From a virus, in IMG/VR virus record IMGVR_UViG_3300010373_000006, positions 5,198 through 69,197 of that record: a DNA stretch of 64,000 nucleotides, one strand, 5' to 3'. Of the stretch, positions 24,549 through 33,570 are shown piece by piece; positions within the stretch are counted from its first letter, which is position 1; the number at the start of each line of letters is the position of its first letter. A program made the translations under genes and the position numbers. Below the pieces are notes generated by a model, which worked only from the letters and a program-made list of their open reading frames with translations, searched no databases and was not told the origin of the DNA.

Positions 24549-25283
24549 ATGGCGTACACTCTCCCGCCAGCGGAAGCAACCAGGCGAGTTGCCTCCGTCC
24601 AACCCAATGGCGGGCGACCCTTGGGCGACATCCTATCCTCAGACGCGGGCGACCTACTCCGCGTGCTCCAATCCGAGAGCGCGCAGGCCGGTGTCGCATC
24701 GCTCGCGTGGGCCGACGAGCGGTATGCCGCGGCACTGGCCGAACTCCTCGGCGGCGGACAGGCGGTTCTCTCCGAAGGTGCCGTAGTCGTCGCCGTGGAC
24801 GCATCCGGTGAGCCCCTACCCTGGGTCGCCGAATGGCAGGCCCCCGTCGATCCTCCAGAGCGATACCAGCCTCAGAGCGTCGATCCCGACCGGCTCGATC
24901 GGCACACCGCGACCCGGCCTGATCGGCGACGCAACGGCGAGCGGTACGACCCGGCGATTGCGTGGCAGGGCGAGGACTGCCTGACGCGCGGGGTCAGCCT
25001 CCAGTGGACTGAGGCCCTCCGGACGCATGCCCGCGACTGTCCCGCATGCGGGGGAGCGATGCTCTCGCGCACGGAGGTGTGCCTGTGCTGCGACTCGCGC
25101 CCGGAGTATGAGGCCGCGCAGAAGGCGCTGGCCGGCCGCCACGATCGTCCACGGTACAAGCCCGACCCGAAGCGGGCGGGAGGCCGGGGCAAGGCGACGG
25201 GGCACGACCTGCCGGCGGTGGACCCCAAAGCGAAGCGACCGAACGCGTGGAAGAAACCGAGACGGAAAGGGGGAACGCGGTGA
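24549..25283 (+). CDS. Hypothetical protein with CxxC motifs
   Basis: CPACG...CLCC; start uncertain. Confidence 0.5.
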   Translation: MAYTLPPAEATRRVASVQPNGGRPLGDILSSDAGDLLRVLQSESAQAGVASLAWADERYAAALAELLGGGQAVLSEGAVVVAVDASGEPLPWVAEWQAPVDPPERYQPQSVDPDRLDRHTATRPDRRRNGERYDPAIAWQGEDCLTRGVSLQWTEALRTHARDCPACGGAMLSRTEVCLCCDSRPEYEAAQKALAGRHDRPRYKPDPKRAGGRGKATGHDLPAVDPKAKRPNAWKKPRRKGGTR

Positions 25284-25819
25284 AAGCGTGCTCAGAGTGC
25301 GGTAGTGAGTTTGGACATCTCGATACGTGCTCGCGGTCCCGGCGGCATGCAGGTTCGAACGCGGAGACGCCGAGCGTTCGAAGTTCCGACGGGCTTATGG
25401 CGGTAGTTGAGCCGGAGAGGCGCCCTTTGTGCGCGGAGTGCGGGTCGGCGTGGGGCAAGCCGCATGAGGGAACCTGCCCGAAGTCGCCGTTTTTCAAGCC
25501 GCCAGCGAAGTCGAAGGGGCAAGTTCCAACGGCGGAAATGGAGAGGGTCGTGAGTGCCAAGGCGAAAACAGAACAGGCCGAAGCGCCGCCCAAGGCGGAG
25601 GCCAACGACGACCGGCCGCGCGTTCAGGCCCGCCCGTATGTGGAGCACGACGGCTTCTTGGTGCCGAAACCCGAGCCGCTTTCGTCTATCCGCCGTGAGC
25701 TCGCGGCGATGGCAGCCGTGAGTGAGGCGCTCGAGGGGCTGGAGGCGGAATCGGCGCGGCGCGTGCTCGACTGGGTGGTGGATGTGATGGAGCTAGGGGG
25801 AGAGGGGGTGGAAAACTGA
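25280..25819 (+). CDS. Hypothetical protein with two CxxC..H motifs
   Basis: GTGA coupling. Confidence 0.5.
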   Translation: MKACSECGSEFGHLDTCSRSRRHAGSNAETPSVRSSDGLMAVVEPERRPLCAECGSAWGKPHEGTCPKSPFFKPPAKSKGQVPTAEMERVVSAKAKTEQAEAPPKAEANDDRPRVQARPYVEHDGFLVPKPEPLSSIRRELAAMAAVSEALEGLEAESARRVLDWVVDVMELGGEGVEN

Positions 25820-25830
25820 GCCGACGACCT

Positions 25831-26082
25831 GTGCTGACGCTGGCAATGGACTACGAGCCGCCCTGGGTTGACGGCCACGCCATGCGGATGGTTTGGCGCC
25901 GCGATTTCATCATCGCCGTCGCCGGAACGATGGGCGCGTCGTCGGGGTTCATCGCCGATGGGCTCGCGCACGGCGCCACGCTCAGCGAACGGCAGATCCG
26001 GCGCATCCTTCACTCGGAAGTGATGTCCGAGCCGACGATCAAGAAACTGCATGAATTGCTGTGTCAATCGCGTGGGGCGTGA
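25831..26082 (+). CDS. Small putative DNA-binding protein
   Basis: LSERQIRRIL HTH-like segment. Confidence 0.4.
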   Translation: MLTLAMDYEPPWVDGHAMRMVWRRDFIIAVAGTMGASSGFIADGLAHGATLSERQIRRILHSEVMSEPTIKKLHELLCQSRGA

Positions 26083-26118
26083 CCGAGCGACCGGATCTAA
26101 TAGGGATAGGAGACCATC

Positions 26119-26391
26119 TTGACCAACGCTTCCATCGTCGCTCGCCTCGCCACGATCCGCCAGCACTCAGCCGAGACGTACGTGATGCACGAACTCGACC
26201 GGCTGACGAACGACCTGCAAGCCGAGCCCGACGCCGCCGCGACGCCGCCTGCGTTCGACCTGGTGGCGGAAGGCAGGCCGACGGTCCTCGAACGGCTGAG
26301 CGCTCTGGAGGGCACGGTGGCAAAACTGAGAACCGAACGGCAGGCGGAGACAAAGCGAATCCTTGCGGCAATCGCTGGGGACGCACCGTGA
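26119..26391 (+). CDS. Hypothetical protein
   Basis: AGGAG RBS and TTG. Confidence 0.5.
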   Translation: MTNASIVARLATIRQHSAETYVMHELDRLTNDLQAEPDAAATPPAFDLVAEGRPTVLERLSALEGTVAKLRTERQAETKRILAAIAGDAP

Positions 26392-26658
26392 ACGACCTTC
26401 CTCCCGAACGTGCCGAACTCGTGACGTTCCCGGATCGGAGACCCTTGAGGTGATCCTGTCCGACCCAACGCTGCTCACGCCGATTGCGGACCCGGCTCCG
26501 GTCTACTGCGATCGTTGCAGCCAACGCTCTGGCTTTCGCGTCTATCATGCTGGCGACTGCCCGCAGGCCCGCGAAGACGCCGTGATCCGCGACGCTCGCG
26601 AACTCCTCGAATCCCGCGGCTACACGGTGATGCCGCCCAGTAGAGACGAGTCTATCTG

Positions 26659-26871
26659 ATGATTGATCCCAGCCTTATCGCTGAACGCACCGCGGCCTAC
26701 GAGATGCGCGACACCGCCGACAAGCGTATCGTCGCCGCCGATGCCGCGATCCTCGCCGTGATGAACGACGGTGACATGGTAACGACCCACCCGACGGACG
26801 TGCCGGTCATCATGCGCGTCGGTAACGAAATCAAGGACGGCCTGCTCAAATCGGTGCACGCCCTCCAATGA
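26659..26871 (+). CDS. Hypothetical protein
   Basis: TGATG coupling. Confidence 0.45.
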   Translation: MIDPSLIAERTAAYEMRDTADKRIVAADAAILAVMNDGDMVTTHPTDVPVIMRVGNEIKDGLLKSVHALQ

Positions 26872-27410
26872 GCGACGCCACAAAACTCCCGCATGGGATC
26901 GAACCACTGCCGCCAAGGGGGAGGGGATCGCGCACCTCCGTAGACCCCGCGCGGCCGTGTGGTAAGCGCCCGGTTGCCCTCTGGGTTGGCGGTGGCTGCC
27001 TTGGCGCTTTCGTGCTGTCGCTCGTGCTGGGGCTGGTTGGAGTCGTCACATACGATCACTGGCCGGTGCATGTCGACCCGCCGAACCCGACGCCCTCGCC
27101 GATCGAGGGGACGCTCTGGGTAACGCTGGTGTACGACCCCGACGCTCCCGGCGTGGACTTCGCGCGAATGGAGGCCGACCCCGCGCTCGAGGAGGGAATC
27201 GTCAAGCTTGGCGGTCATCTTCGCAAATTCACCGAAGAGTCGAAGGTGCTCGACGACAAGGGCCTGCGGCGCTTCGTCGCGGCTAGCGGCGTGCCGACCC
27301 TCATCATCCAGGCAGAAGGCGAGAAACGGGTCTACGCCAAGCGCTGTCCCACGTCCGCCTCAGAAGTCGTCGCCGCCGCGCGGCTGTACAAAGAGGGTAA
27401 GTTCAAGTGA
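26868..27410 (+). CDS. Membrane-anchored protein (TM, Pro-rich linker, thioredoxin-like C-terminal domain)
   Basis: Hydrophobic helix, DPPNPTPSP linker, GVPTLII. Confidence 0.55.
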   Translation: MSDATKLPHGIEPLPPRGRGSRTSVDPARPCGKRPVALWVGGGCLGAFVLSLVLGLVGVVTYDHWPVHVDPPNPTPSPIEGTLWVTLVYDPDAPGVDFARMEADPALEEGIVKLGGHLRKFTEESKVLDDKGLRRFVAASGVPTLIIQAEGEKRVYAKRCPTSASEVVAAARLYKEGKFK

Positions 27411-28210
27411 CCTCGACTGATCCCCTCGTTACTGACGCCTCGGGCAAGCCGATTTATGGCATGGGACTCGTCTCGTCGGCTTCCGAACGTCATCTCATGG
27501 CCGCGTTCGGCGACCATTACCCGGTTGTGCCGCGCGACCAGTGGAAGCCGATCAGTTTCAAGGATGTCTACCCGTTCAAGATTCTCAATCAAGGTGGGCA
27601 CGGCTCATGCGTCGGGCATGGAACCGGAACCGCTGCGAACAAGGTGTGGCAGCGTAACGGAGGTGCCCCGCACACGTTCTCCTCGTGCTTTGTCTACGGA
27701 ATGATCAACGGCGGACGGGACGCCGGCGCGTCGATCGTCGCGGCCCTACACAGCCTTGAACGCGATGGGGTTTGTTTTCAGGAGCAGGTTCCCGAGGGCA
27801 TGGTTTACGCTAGCCAATTCCCGCCCGAGGCCCAGCAAATCGCTAATCGCTTCAAGGGGTGGAAAGGCTTTGTTTGCTCGTCCGTCGATGAAATGGTTTC
27901 CGGTTTGCTTCACGGCGGCATGCCGGTCTACGGGGTGGCGGTCGGTGGTGCCTTTCAGGGCTATCGCTCCGGCTGGATTCAGGTGTCTGGCGGTTGGGCA
28001 AACCACTGTGTCACGGCCGACGGACTGATCAACGAAGGCGGCGTCTGGGGCTTGGACGGAATTAACTCCTGGGGTGAAGCGTGGGGCGACAAGGGGCGAT
28101 TCAAGATCCGCCTGGAGTCGATCGCGCGTGATGAACTGTTTGTGCTCATGGCGCCTCCTGACGATCCGCAGGAAACCTCGTTGCCTCCGAAGGTGGAAAC
28201 TCTCGCATGA
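27407..28210 (+). CDS. Papain-like C1 cysteine peptidase
   Basis: NQGGHGSCVGHG (Q, C), NHCV (H), NSWGEAWGDKG (N). Confidence 0.88.
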   Translation: MTSTDPLVTDASGKPIYGMGLVSSASERHLMAAFGDHYPVVPRDQWKPISFKDVYPFKILNQGGHGSCVGHGTGTAANKVWQRNGGAPHTFSSCFVYGMINGGRDAGASIVAALHSLERDGVCFQEQVPEGMVYASQFPPEAQQIANRFKGWKGFVCSSVDEMVSGLLHGGMPVYGVAVGGAFQGYRSGWIQVSGGWANHCVTADGLINEGGVWGLDGINSWGEAWGDKGRFKIRLESIARDELFVLMAPPDDPQETSLPPKVETLA

Positions 28211-28923
28211 TCACGCTCACATTGATCGCCTTGCTTACAACAACCCCGGACGGTCTTCCCCCGAAAGTCGATCCGGCTCCCGCGCAATCCGCTTCGCTAC
28301 CGCGGACCCCGGCTGGGGTGGCAACGATCGCTCCCGTTGCCGCCTCGCCGGTTAAATCCACCACCGAACCGCTCGTCAGTCCCGCCCCCCTTCCGCCGGC
28401 TGGGGAGGCGGTCGTGTCGGTCCGCACGCCGCCGGCCGCCTCCCTCCCGTCCGCGACGAGACCGGGCGAATGCCTGTGCGTGCGATGCGATTGCGACCCA
28501 TGCAGCTGTAATTACGCGAGAAACGGACGCGGAGAGAAGGTCGCGATTGTCGACGATAATCCTTCGCCATCCAAAGAGGATCTGTACGCCTCCGGCATGC
28601 CTTGCCGATTTTGCGGCTACCGCTACACAGTTTCGGCATTAGGCGGCAACCCATGTCCGAAATGTCACTGGGTTCCACCGGATAAGGTTGCGCCTCGATC
28701 GCTCCATCGCCTCGCCGACTCATCTAGGCAGGTCTGGACCTCGCCTGACCCGGCATGGATTCGCATCTGGGTGGCGCAGGAAAACACCCGGCTCGCCGCG
28801 CAGAGACGACCCGCCCCGGTGACGTACGCCGCGCCGGCCTATGCGGGGTCGTGTGCGACGGGGCAATGTCCGAACGCGGCCTACACGTATCAACGGGGCT
28901 TTTTCGGGTTCCGCGGCCGATGA
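28207..28923 (+). CDS. Secreted Pro/Cys-rich protein
   Basis: N-terminal signal-like segment; Cys clusters; C-terminal CATGQCP...RGFFGFR. Confidence 0.55.
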   Translation: MITLTLIALLTTTPDGLPPKVDPAPAQSASLPRTPAGVATIAPVAASPVKSTTEPLVSPAPLPPAGEAVVSVRTPPAASLPSATRPGECLCVRCDCDPCSCNYARNGRGEKVAIVDDNPSPSKEDLYASGMPCRFCGYRYTVSALGGNPCPKCHWVPPDKVAPRSLHRLADSSRQVWTSPDPAWIRIWVAQENTRLAAQRRPAPVTYAAPAYAGSCATGQCPNAAYTYQRGFFGFRGR

Positions 28924-29393
28924 CCTATGCCCACGCCTTCGCGGCCCTCGTCATGATCTACCTACAGCGGACGTGGCTCCCAATCCTGGCCGGCGTGATC
29001 CTGGGTAGCCTCTTGACCCTCGCCGCATTCACGCTGGCCGACCCGCCAGCGCCGGCGCTCACCGACCTGCGATTCGCCGCTCCCGCCGGCCCGGCGCTCT
29101 CGACGGAGCACCTGACGGCCAAGGTCGCACCGATCGTCCAAAAGCACCTGATCGACGCCAAGGCGGATATCGTGGCGCACGCGGGCGGGCTGGTTGAGCG
29201 TACGGCAGTGCGGGTCGGGTTTCCGATTGCGGTGCGCGAAGTGCCTCCGGTTGTGGAGCACGGCATAGATGCGGTGGTCGACGAGTTCGGACAGTTCAGC
29301 ATTCGCGACCTCGTGAAATTCCTCGATGGGCACGCCAAGGCTAAGGGCTACGCCTCGCCGCGACTTCTTACGGAACTCAAGGCCGCCCAGTGA
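28920..29393 (+). CDS. Membrane protein
   Basis: N-terminal hydrophobic helices. Confidence 0.5.
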   Translation: MTYAHAFAALVMIYLQRTWLPILAGVILGSLLTLAAFTLADPPAPALTDLRFAAPAGPALSTEHLTAKVAPIVQKHLIDAKADIVAHAGGLVERTAVRVGFPIAVREVPPVVEHGIDAVVDEFGQFSIRDLVKFLDGHAKAKGYASPRLLTELKAAQ

Positions 29394-29597
29394 ATGACGA
29401 CGACCTCGAAACGCTCACGTCCCGGCTACTCGTGGCCCTGTACGTGATCGTCTTCACGGCGCTGATTGCACTGGTCTTGCTGGCCAACCACGATCCACCC
29501 GCGAAGCCGCGGCCCGCGCGGTCCCCGTTTGTGAAAGCCCACCGATGAACGACGACGACCGGGATCGGCTGTCGGCGGGTGTGATCTGTGTCATTGT

Positions 29598-30017
29598 ATG
29601 CGTGGCGGTGGCATGCGTTTCATTGGTCGCGGTGTGTACATGACCTTCCGCGAATGGGCCGCTTACTGCGGCAAAGGTGCTCTCTGGCTGATACGGCATA
29701 CGGGCGAAATGTTGCGAGACGGCATCGCGTCGTTCCTCCGTTGGCTCGGTCCGGTCGCCGGCGCCGTCAAGGGTGAACTCTCGAAGGAAGAGGCTCGCAA
29801 GGTGCTGGCCGCCGCGGGAATTACCGCGATGAGCGCGGCATCAACCGAGGCCGCGCGAGCCGCATTTATTCACAACGTTGAACTCTGGTCGGTCGTGGGT
29901 ATTCCGTGCCTCCTGGCTATCGCTATCGCCGTACTCGAATCCGGCCGCCGCGCTGCACACGGCGAGCCTCCAACCAACCCGGAGCCATCGAAAGATGACC
30001 ACCCTACCGCGACTTGA
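29598..30017 (+). CDS. Putative membrane protein
   Basis: Hydrophobic C-terminal helices; start uncertain. Confidence 0.45.
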   Translation: MRGGGMRFIGRGVYMTFREWAAYCGKGALWLIRHTGEMLRDGIASFLRWLGPVAGAVKGELSKEEARKVLAAAGITAMSAASTEAARAAFIHNVELWSVVGIPCLLAIAIAVLESGRRAAHGEPPTNPEPSKDDHPTAT

Positions 30018-30330
30018 AGCGATTTTCCCGATCGAACGGGATGGCGGGAAGTATGACCGCTTGTTGCTGCTCGCCGCGCTTTGCATCGCCCTTCCGATGG
30101 CCATCGCGCAGGTCATGAACGGCGACGGCCCCTGGTGGGTTCCGGTAATCGTCATCGTGATCGGAGCCGGTCCGAGCGTGTGGGAGAAGGTCGCCGAGTA
30201 TCGCAAGCGCAAGCGAACCCACGAAGAGTCGGCCGAGAATGCACGGCTACGGCATCAAATCATCGAACTGCAAGCGACCATTAACGAGTTGCACGAGCGA
30301 ATTCTCGCATTGGAGATTCGGCCCAAATGA
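29995..30330 (+). CDS. Holin-like membrane protein (2 TM plus coiled coil)
   Basis: Two TM helices, basic stretch and coiled-coil tail. Confidence 0.45.
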   Translation: MTTLPRLEAIFPIERDGGKYDRLLLLAALCIALPMAIAQVMNGDGPWWVPVIVIVIGAGPSVWEKVAEYRKRKRTHEESAENARLRHQIIELQATINELHERILALEIRPK

Positions 30331-30773
30331 GCGAACCCGAGACGATCGAGAAAACCGTCCCCACGACCTTAGCCGCAACCTCGCCGCCCAGCCCCCCGCA
30401 CAAGCCGTGGTATGAAACCGTCGGCGACACGATCCAGGACGGTGCAGCCGCCGTCGGCCACGTCGTCGCGACCAGCCTGCACGCCGCTGGTGGCGCGATC
30501 GAGAGCATTCTACCGGCGGTTGAGGCGGAGGGCGAAAAGATCATCTCCGCCGAGCTGCCCGCGGCGGCTGCGTTCGCGCTCGATTACCTCGATCGGAACA
30601 AAAAAGAGTACGGCGACAAGGTCGCCGCGATGGTGCTGACTGCCGTGCTGGCCAAGGTGCCGGGCCTGGACCTGGCGGCATCGACGCTTTCGCCGCTGAT
30701 CGTCGAGGAGTTCGACGCGCTGGTGGGGGTGCTGGAGACGGAATTGAAGACGTTGGGAGGGACGAGCAAGTGA
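30327..30773 (+). CDS. Hypothetical protein
   Basis: ATGA coupling. Confidence 0.5.
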   Translation: MSEPETIEKTVPTTLAATSPPSPPHKPWYETVGDTIQDGAAAVGHVVATSLHAAGGAIESILPAVEAEGEKIISAELPAAAAFALDYLDRNKKEYGDKVAAMVLTAVLAKVPGLDLAASTLSPLIVEEFDALVGVLETELKTLGGTSK

Positions 30774-31114
30774 CATCGTTTTTTGGGATCATCGGCGCCC
30801 TTACGCTTCTCAGTATCGCTAACGGCTTGGCGGCTATCGGAATTGGCTATGCCGTCGAGCGGTTTGAGGATCGCAGCAATCGGCGGAACCGGGAATGCAG
30901 GGCTCAGGCCATCCGCGAGTTCGGAGATCGCCTTGAACAAGATGCGTGGTGGTTCAGCGAAGACGTTCCGACGATGAACCTGATCGCTGTGATCGCAAGA
31001 CACCTATCGCGCTCTGGCGGTTTCCCGCTCGATGACGTGCACGCAAAGTGGCGAAAAGACCGCGAAGCGCACAAGCCGATTCCAGTACCAGAAACAACGG
31101 AGGTAACGTCGTGA
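30770..31114 (+). CDS. Membrane-anchored hypothetical protein
   Basis: N-terminal TM; GGGAGG RBS. Confidence 0.5.
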   Translation: MTSFFGIIGALTLLSIANGLAAIGIGYAVERFEDRSNRRNRECRAQAIREFGDRLEQDAWWFSEDVPTMNLIAVIARHLSRSGGFPLDDVHAKWRKDREAHKPIPVPETTEVTS

Positions 31115-31338
31115 TCATCTTCGGCGCATTCACGATTATGCATCTGTTGGCGATTTTGTTCTTTCACTTCCTGCCCGGCCTATGCGGGGCGGCGGTGTTC
31201 ATCTTCAAGGGCTACGGGCAAGCGAGGCCGACGAGCGGGAGCCTGGTCCGGGGCATCATCGCGGTGATGTGCCTGGTGTGCGGCGGGGTCGGGGGGCTGT
31301 TCGTGGCGCTGTGCTTGCCGGAGTGGCCGGAGCAGTGA
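31111..31338 (+). CDS. Small membrane protein
   Basis: GGAGG RBS; two hydrophobic helices. Confidence 0.5.
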   Translation: MIIFGAFTIMHLLAILFFHFLPGLCGAAVFIFKGYGQARPTSGSLVRGIIAVMCLVCGGVGGLFVALCLPEWPEQ

Positions 31339-31649
31339 CCGACCCAACCGGTTTCCTCCCCCTCCTGAACGCCGCGCGCGAGGCCGAGGGCCTACCGCCG
31401 CTCACGTTCGACGACGACCTCTCCGCCTATGCGGCACGCAACAACGCTCAGCAGCACCGGTTCAACCGCATCGGACACTTCACGAAGCCGCCCAGAGCCT
31501 CGCAGTGTGCGGGGATGGCGGAGAGCGCGGCGGACCTCCTGCACGCGCTGCTGAACGACCCGCCGCATCGGGTGATCCTGATGCGCGATACGGCGACGCG
31601 ATGCGGGGTGGGGCGTGCGTCGGAATACTGGACGGTGAATGTGGTATGA
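31335..31649 (+). CDS. CAP/SCP-domain protein
   Basis: LNAAREAEGLPPL..DDDL..YA...GHF...PPHRVILM...GVG...YWT. Confidence 0.75.
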   Translation: MTDPTGFLPLLNAAREAEGLPPLTFDDDLSAYAARNNAQQHRFNRIGHFTKPPRASQCAGMAESAADLLHALLNDPPHRVILMRDTATRCGVGRASEYWTVNVV

Positions 31650-31839
31650 GGTTGTGAACGTATCAAACTATCGGTACACCGTGATAGATTTGTGCGATAA
31701 TATGGGTAATATGATACGACTAGGAAGGGCGAAAATCGGGGTGACGAAACCTCGTCATTCGCGTCATTTCAGCACACGATCATATCAACGAATGCGTATC
31801 AAATTGATAAAAAAACTCCGATTTCATGCGATTTTTTAT

Positions 31840-31888
31840 GGGTCCTTCCGCTTATGCGTTGCGAAGGACGTCGCACCGGGAACAGCCC
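31840..31888 (+). other. Candidate cos region (cosQ-like GGGTCCT plus dyad)
   Basis: GGGTCCT at 31840-31846 in an AT-rich gap just before the packaging genes; TGCGA-N6-TCGCA at 31860-31875. Confidence 0.35.
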
Positions 31889-31927
31889 ATTTATGCAATA
31901 CACTTTCTTTTTTTGAGCGTTTCGCCC

Positions 31928-33373
31928 TTGAGCCAAGCCAGCAAAGCCCGTCGTTCTGACGCCCGAAAACCCGCGCAAGATGAGCCCGTAAAGGCGCTTG
32001 CGCCCGTCTCGCGAGTCACGATCGACGCCCTGACGCCCGACCCCGCGAACCTCCGCAAGCACACCGATCGCAACGTCGCGGCGGTGGACGCCAGCGTGAA
32101 GCGTTTCGGTCCCGCACGCTCGATCGTGATCGACGAAAACGGCGTCGTTTGCGCCGGAAATCGCACGCTCGAAAGCGCCAAAGCGGCGGGTTTCACCGAT
32201 GTTTTGATCGTTGACCCCGAGCCGGGGCAGTTGGTCGCGGTGCGGCGCAAGGACTGGAGCCCCACCGAGGCGGTCGCGTACGGCATCGCGGACAACCGCT
32301 CGTCGGACCTCGGGGCGAACTCGTGGGAAGACGTGGCGCTGGCCGAGACGCTTCGGGCGATGCAGAGCGAGGCGTTCGATCTGGGAGCGGTCGGGTTTAC
32401 GGGGGACGAGGTTGACGAGCTGGTGAAGGGGCTGGGGAATGCGTTGGTGGGTGGTGAAGGGGGATCGAGCGGCGAAGACCAAGGCGCTCAGCACGACAAG
32501 GCCGACGAATTGCAGGCGAAGTGGGACGTGAAGACGGGCGACCTGTGGGTGATCCCGAGCAAGACCGGGAAGGGCGAACATCGACTGCTGTGCGGGGACT
32601 CGACGAAGGCGGAGGACGTGGCGAGGGTGATGGCGGGGGAGAAGGCGGACCTGTGCTTCACGAGCCCGCCCTACGGCCAGCAGCGCGATTACGAGAGTGG
32701 TGGTATCGGCGACTGGGATGCGCTCATGTGTGGCGTGTTCGGCAATCTGCCGATGGCGGACGCAGGGCAGGTGCTCGTCAACCTCGGGCTCATTCATCGG
32801 GACGGCGAGTGGATTCCGTACTGGGATGGGTGGATTCAATGGATGAGAGAGCAAGGATGGAGGCGGTTTGGGTGGTACGTGTGGGATCAAGGAAGCGGGT
32901 TGCCAGGCGACTGGAATGGCCGGCTTGCGCCATCGCATGAGTTCGTGTTTCACTTCAATCGGGAGCCAGTCAAACCCGAAAAAACTGTGGCCAAGAAACC
33001 GGAAAGCGTGCGAGATAGAACCGGCGACACCACCATGAGAGGCGACGATCCTGTCGGTCGAACATGGTCGTCCGGCGAAGCCTCGCTTCAGACTCATAAG
33101 GTTTCCGACAGCGTTATACGGGTTCAGCGGCAATGCGGCCCTGTGATGAAAGACACCCATCATCCGGCGGTTTACCCGGTAGGTTTCCCTGAATTCGCAA
33201 TGAAATCTTGGCCTGGTATTGCCTACGAGCCCTTCTCCGGTTCCGGAACTACCATCGTCGCCGCCGAGCAAACCGGTCGCCTCGCGAGAGGCATTGAGAT
33301 ATCGCCCAAGTACGTCGCCGTCGCCCTTGAACGGCTCGCCGGTCTCGGTCTCGAACCCCGCCGCGCATCATGA
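31928..33373 (+). CDS. ParB-like domain fused to an N6/N4 DNA methyltransferase
   Basis: PDPANLRKH...DENG...AGN (ParB); HRLLCGDST, FTSPPY, HPAVYP, EPFSGSGTT; start uncertain (ORF open from 31826). Confidence 0.85.
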   Translation: MSQASKARRSDARKPAQDEPVKALAPVSRVTIDALTPDPANLRKHTDRNVAAVDASVKRFGPARSIVIDENGVVCAGNRTLESAKAAGFTDVLIVDPEPGQLVAVRRKDWSPTEAVAYGIADNRSSDLGANSWEDVALAETLRAMQSEAFDLGAVGFTGDEVDELVKGLGNALVGGEGGSSGEDQGAQHDKADELQAKWDVKTGDLWVIPSKTGKGEHRLLCGDSTKAEDVARVMAGEKADLCFTSPPYGQQRDYESGGIGDWDALMCGVFGNLPMADAGQVLVNLGLIHRDGEWIPYWDGWIQWMREQGWRRFGWYVWDQGSGLPGDWNGRLAPSHEFVFHFNREPVKPEKTVAKKPESVRDRTGDTTMRGDDPVGRTWSSGEASLQTHKVSDSVIRVQRQCGPVMKDTHHPAVYPVGFPEFAMKSWPGIAYEPFSGSGTTIVAAEQTGRLARGIEISPKYVAVALERLAGLGLEPRRAS

Positions 33374-33558
33374 CCCCCACCGGCCTGACCCCTCGCCGCC
33401 TCGCCGAAGTCCTCTCGAAAGTCTCTGGCTCCCCCGTCACCGCTGAGTCCATCGAATCCGACATCGCAAGCGGTGCCCCGATCAATCCCGATGGCACGCT
33501 GAATCTCATCCGCTACGCCGCCTGGCTCCTCAAGAATGAGCGACCCGACCGCAACTGA
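33370..33558 (+). CDS. Small DNA-binding packaging protein (terminase small subunit-like)
   Basis: HTH-like; directly upstream of the large terminase. Confidence 0.5.
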   Translation: MTPTGLTPRRLAEVLSKVSGSPVTAESIESDIASGAPINPDGTLNLIRYAAWLLKNERPDRN

Positions 33559-33570
33559 TCTATCCGATCC

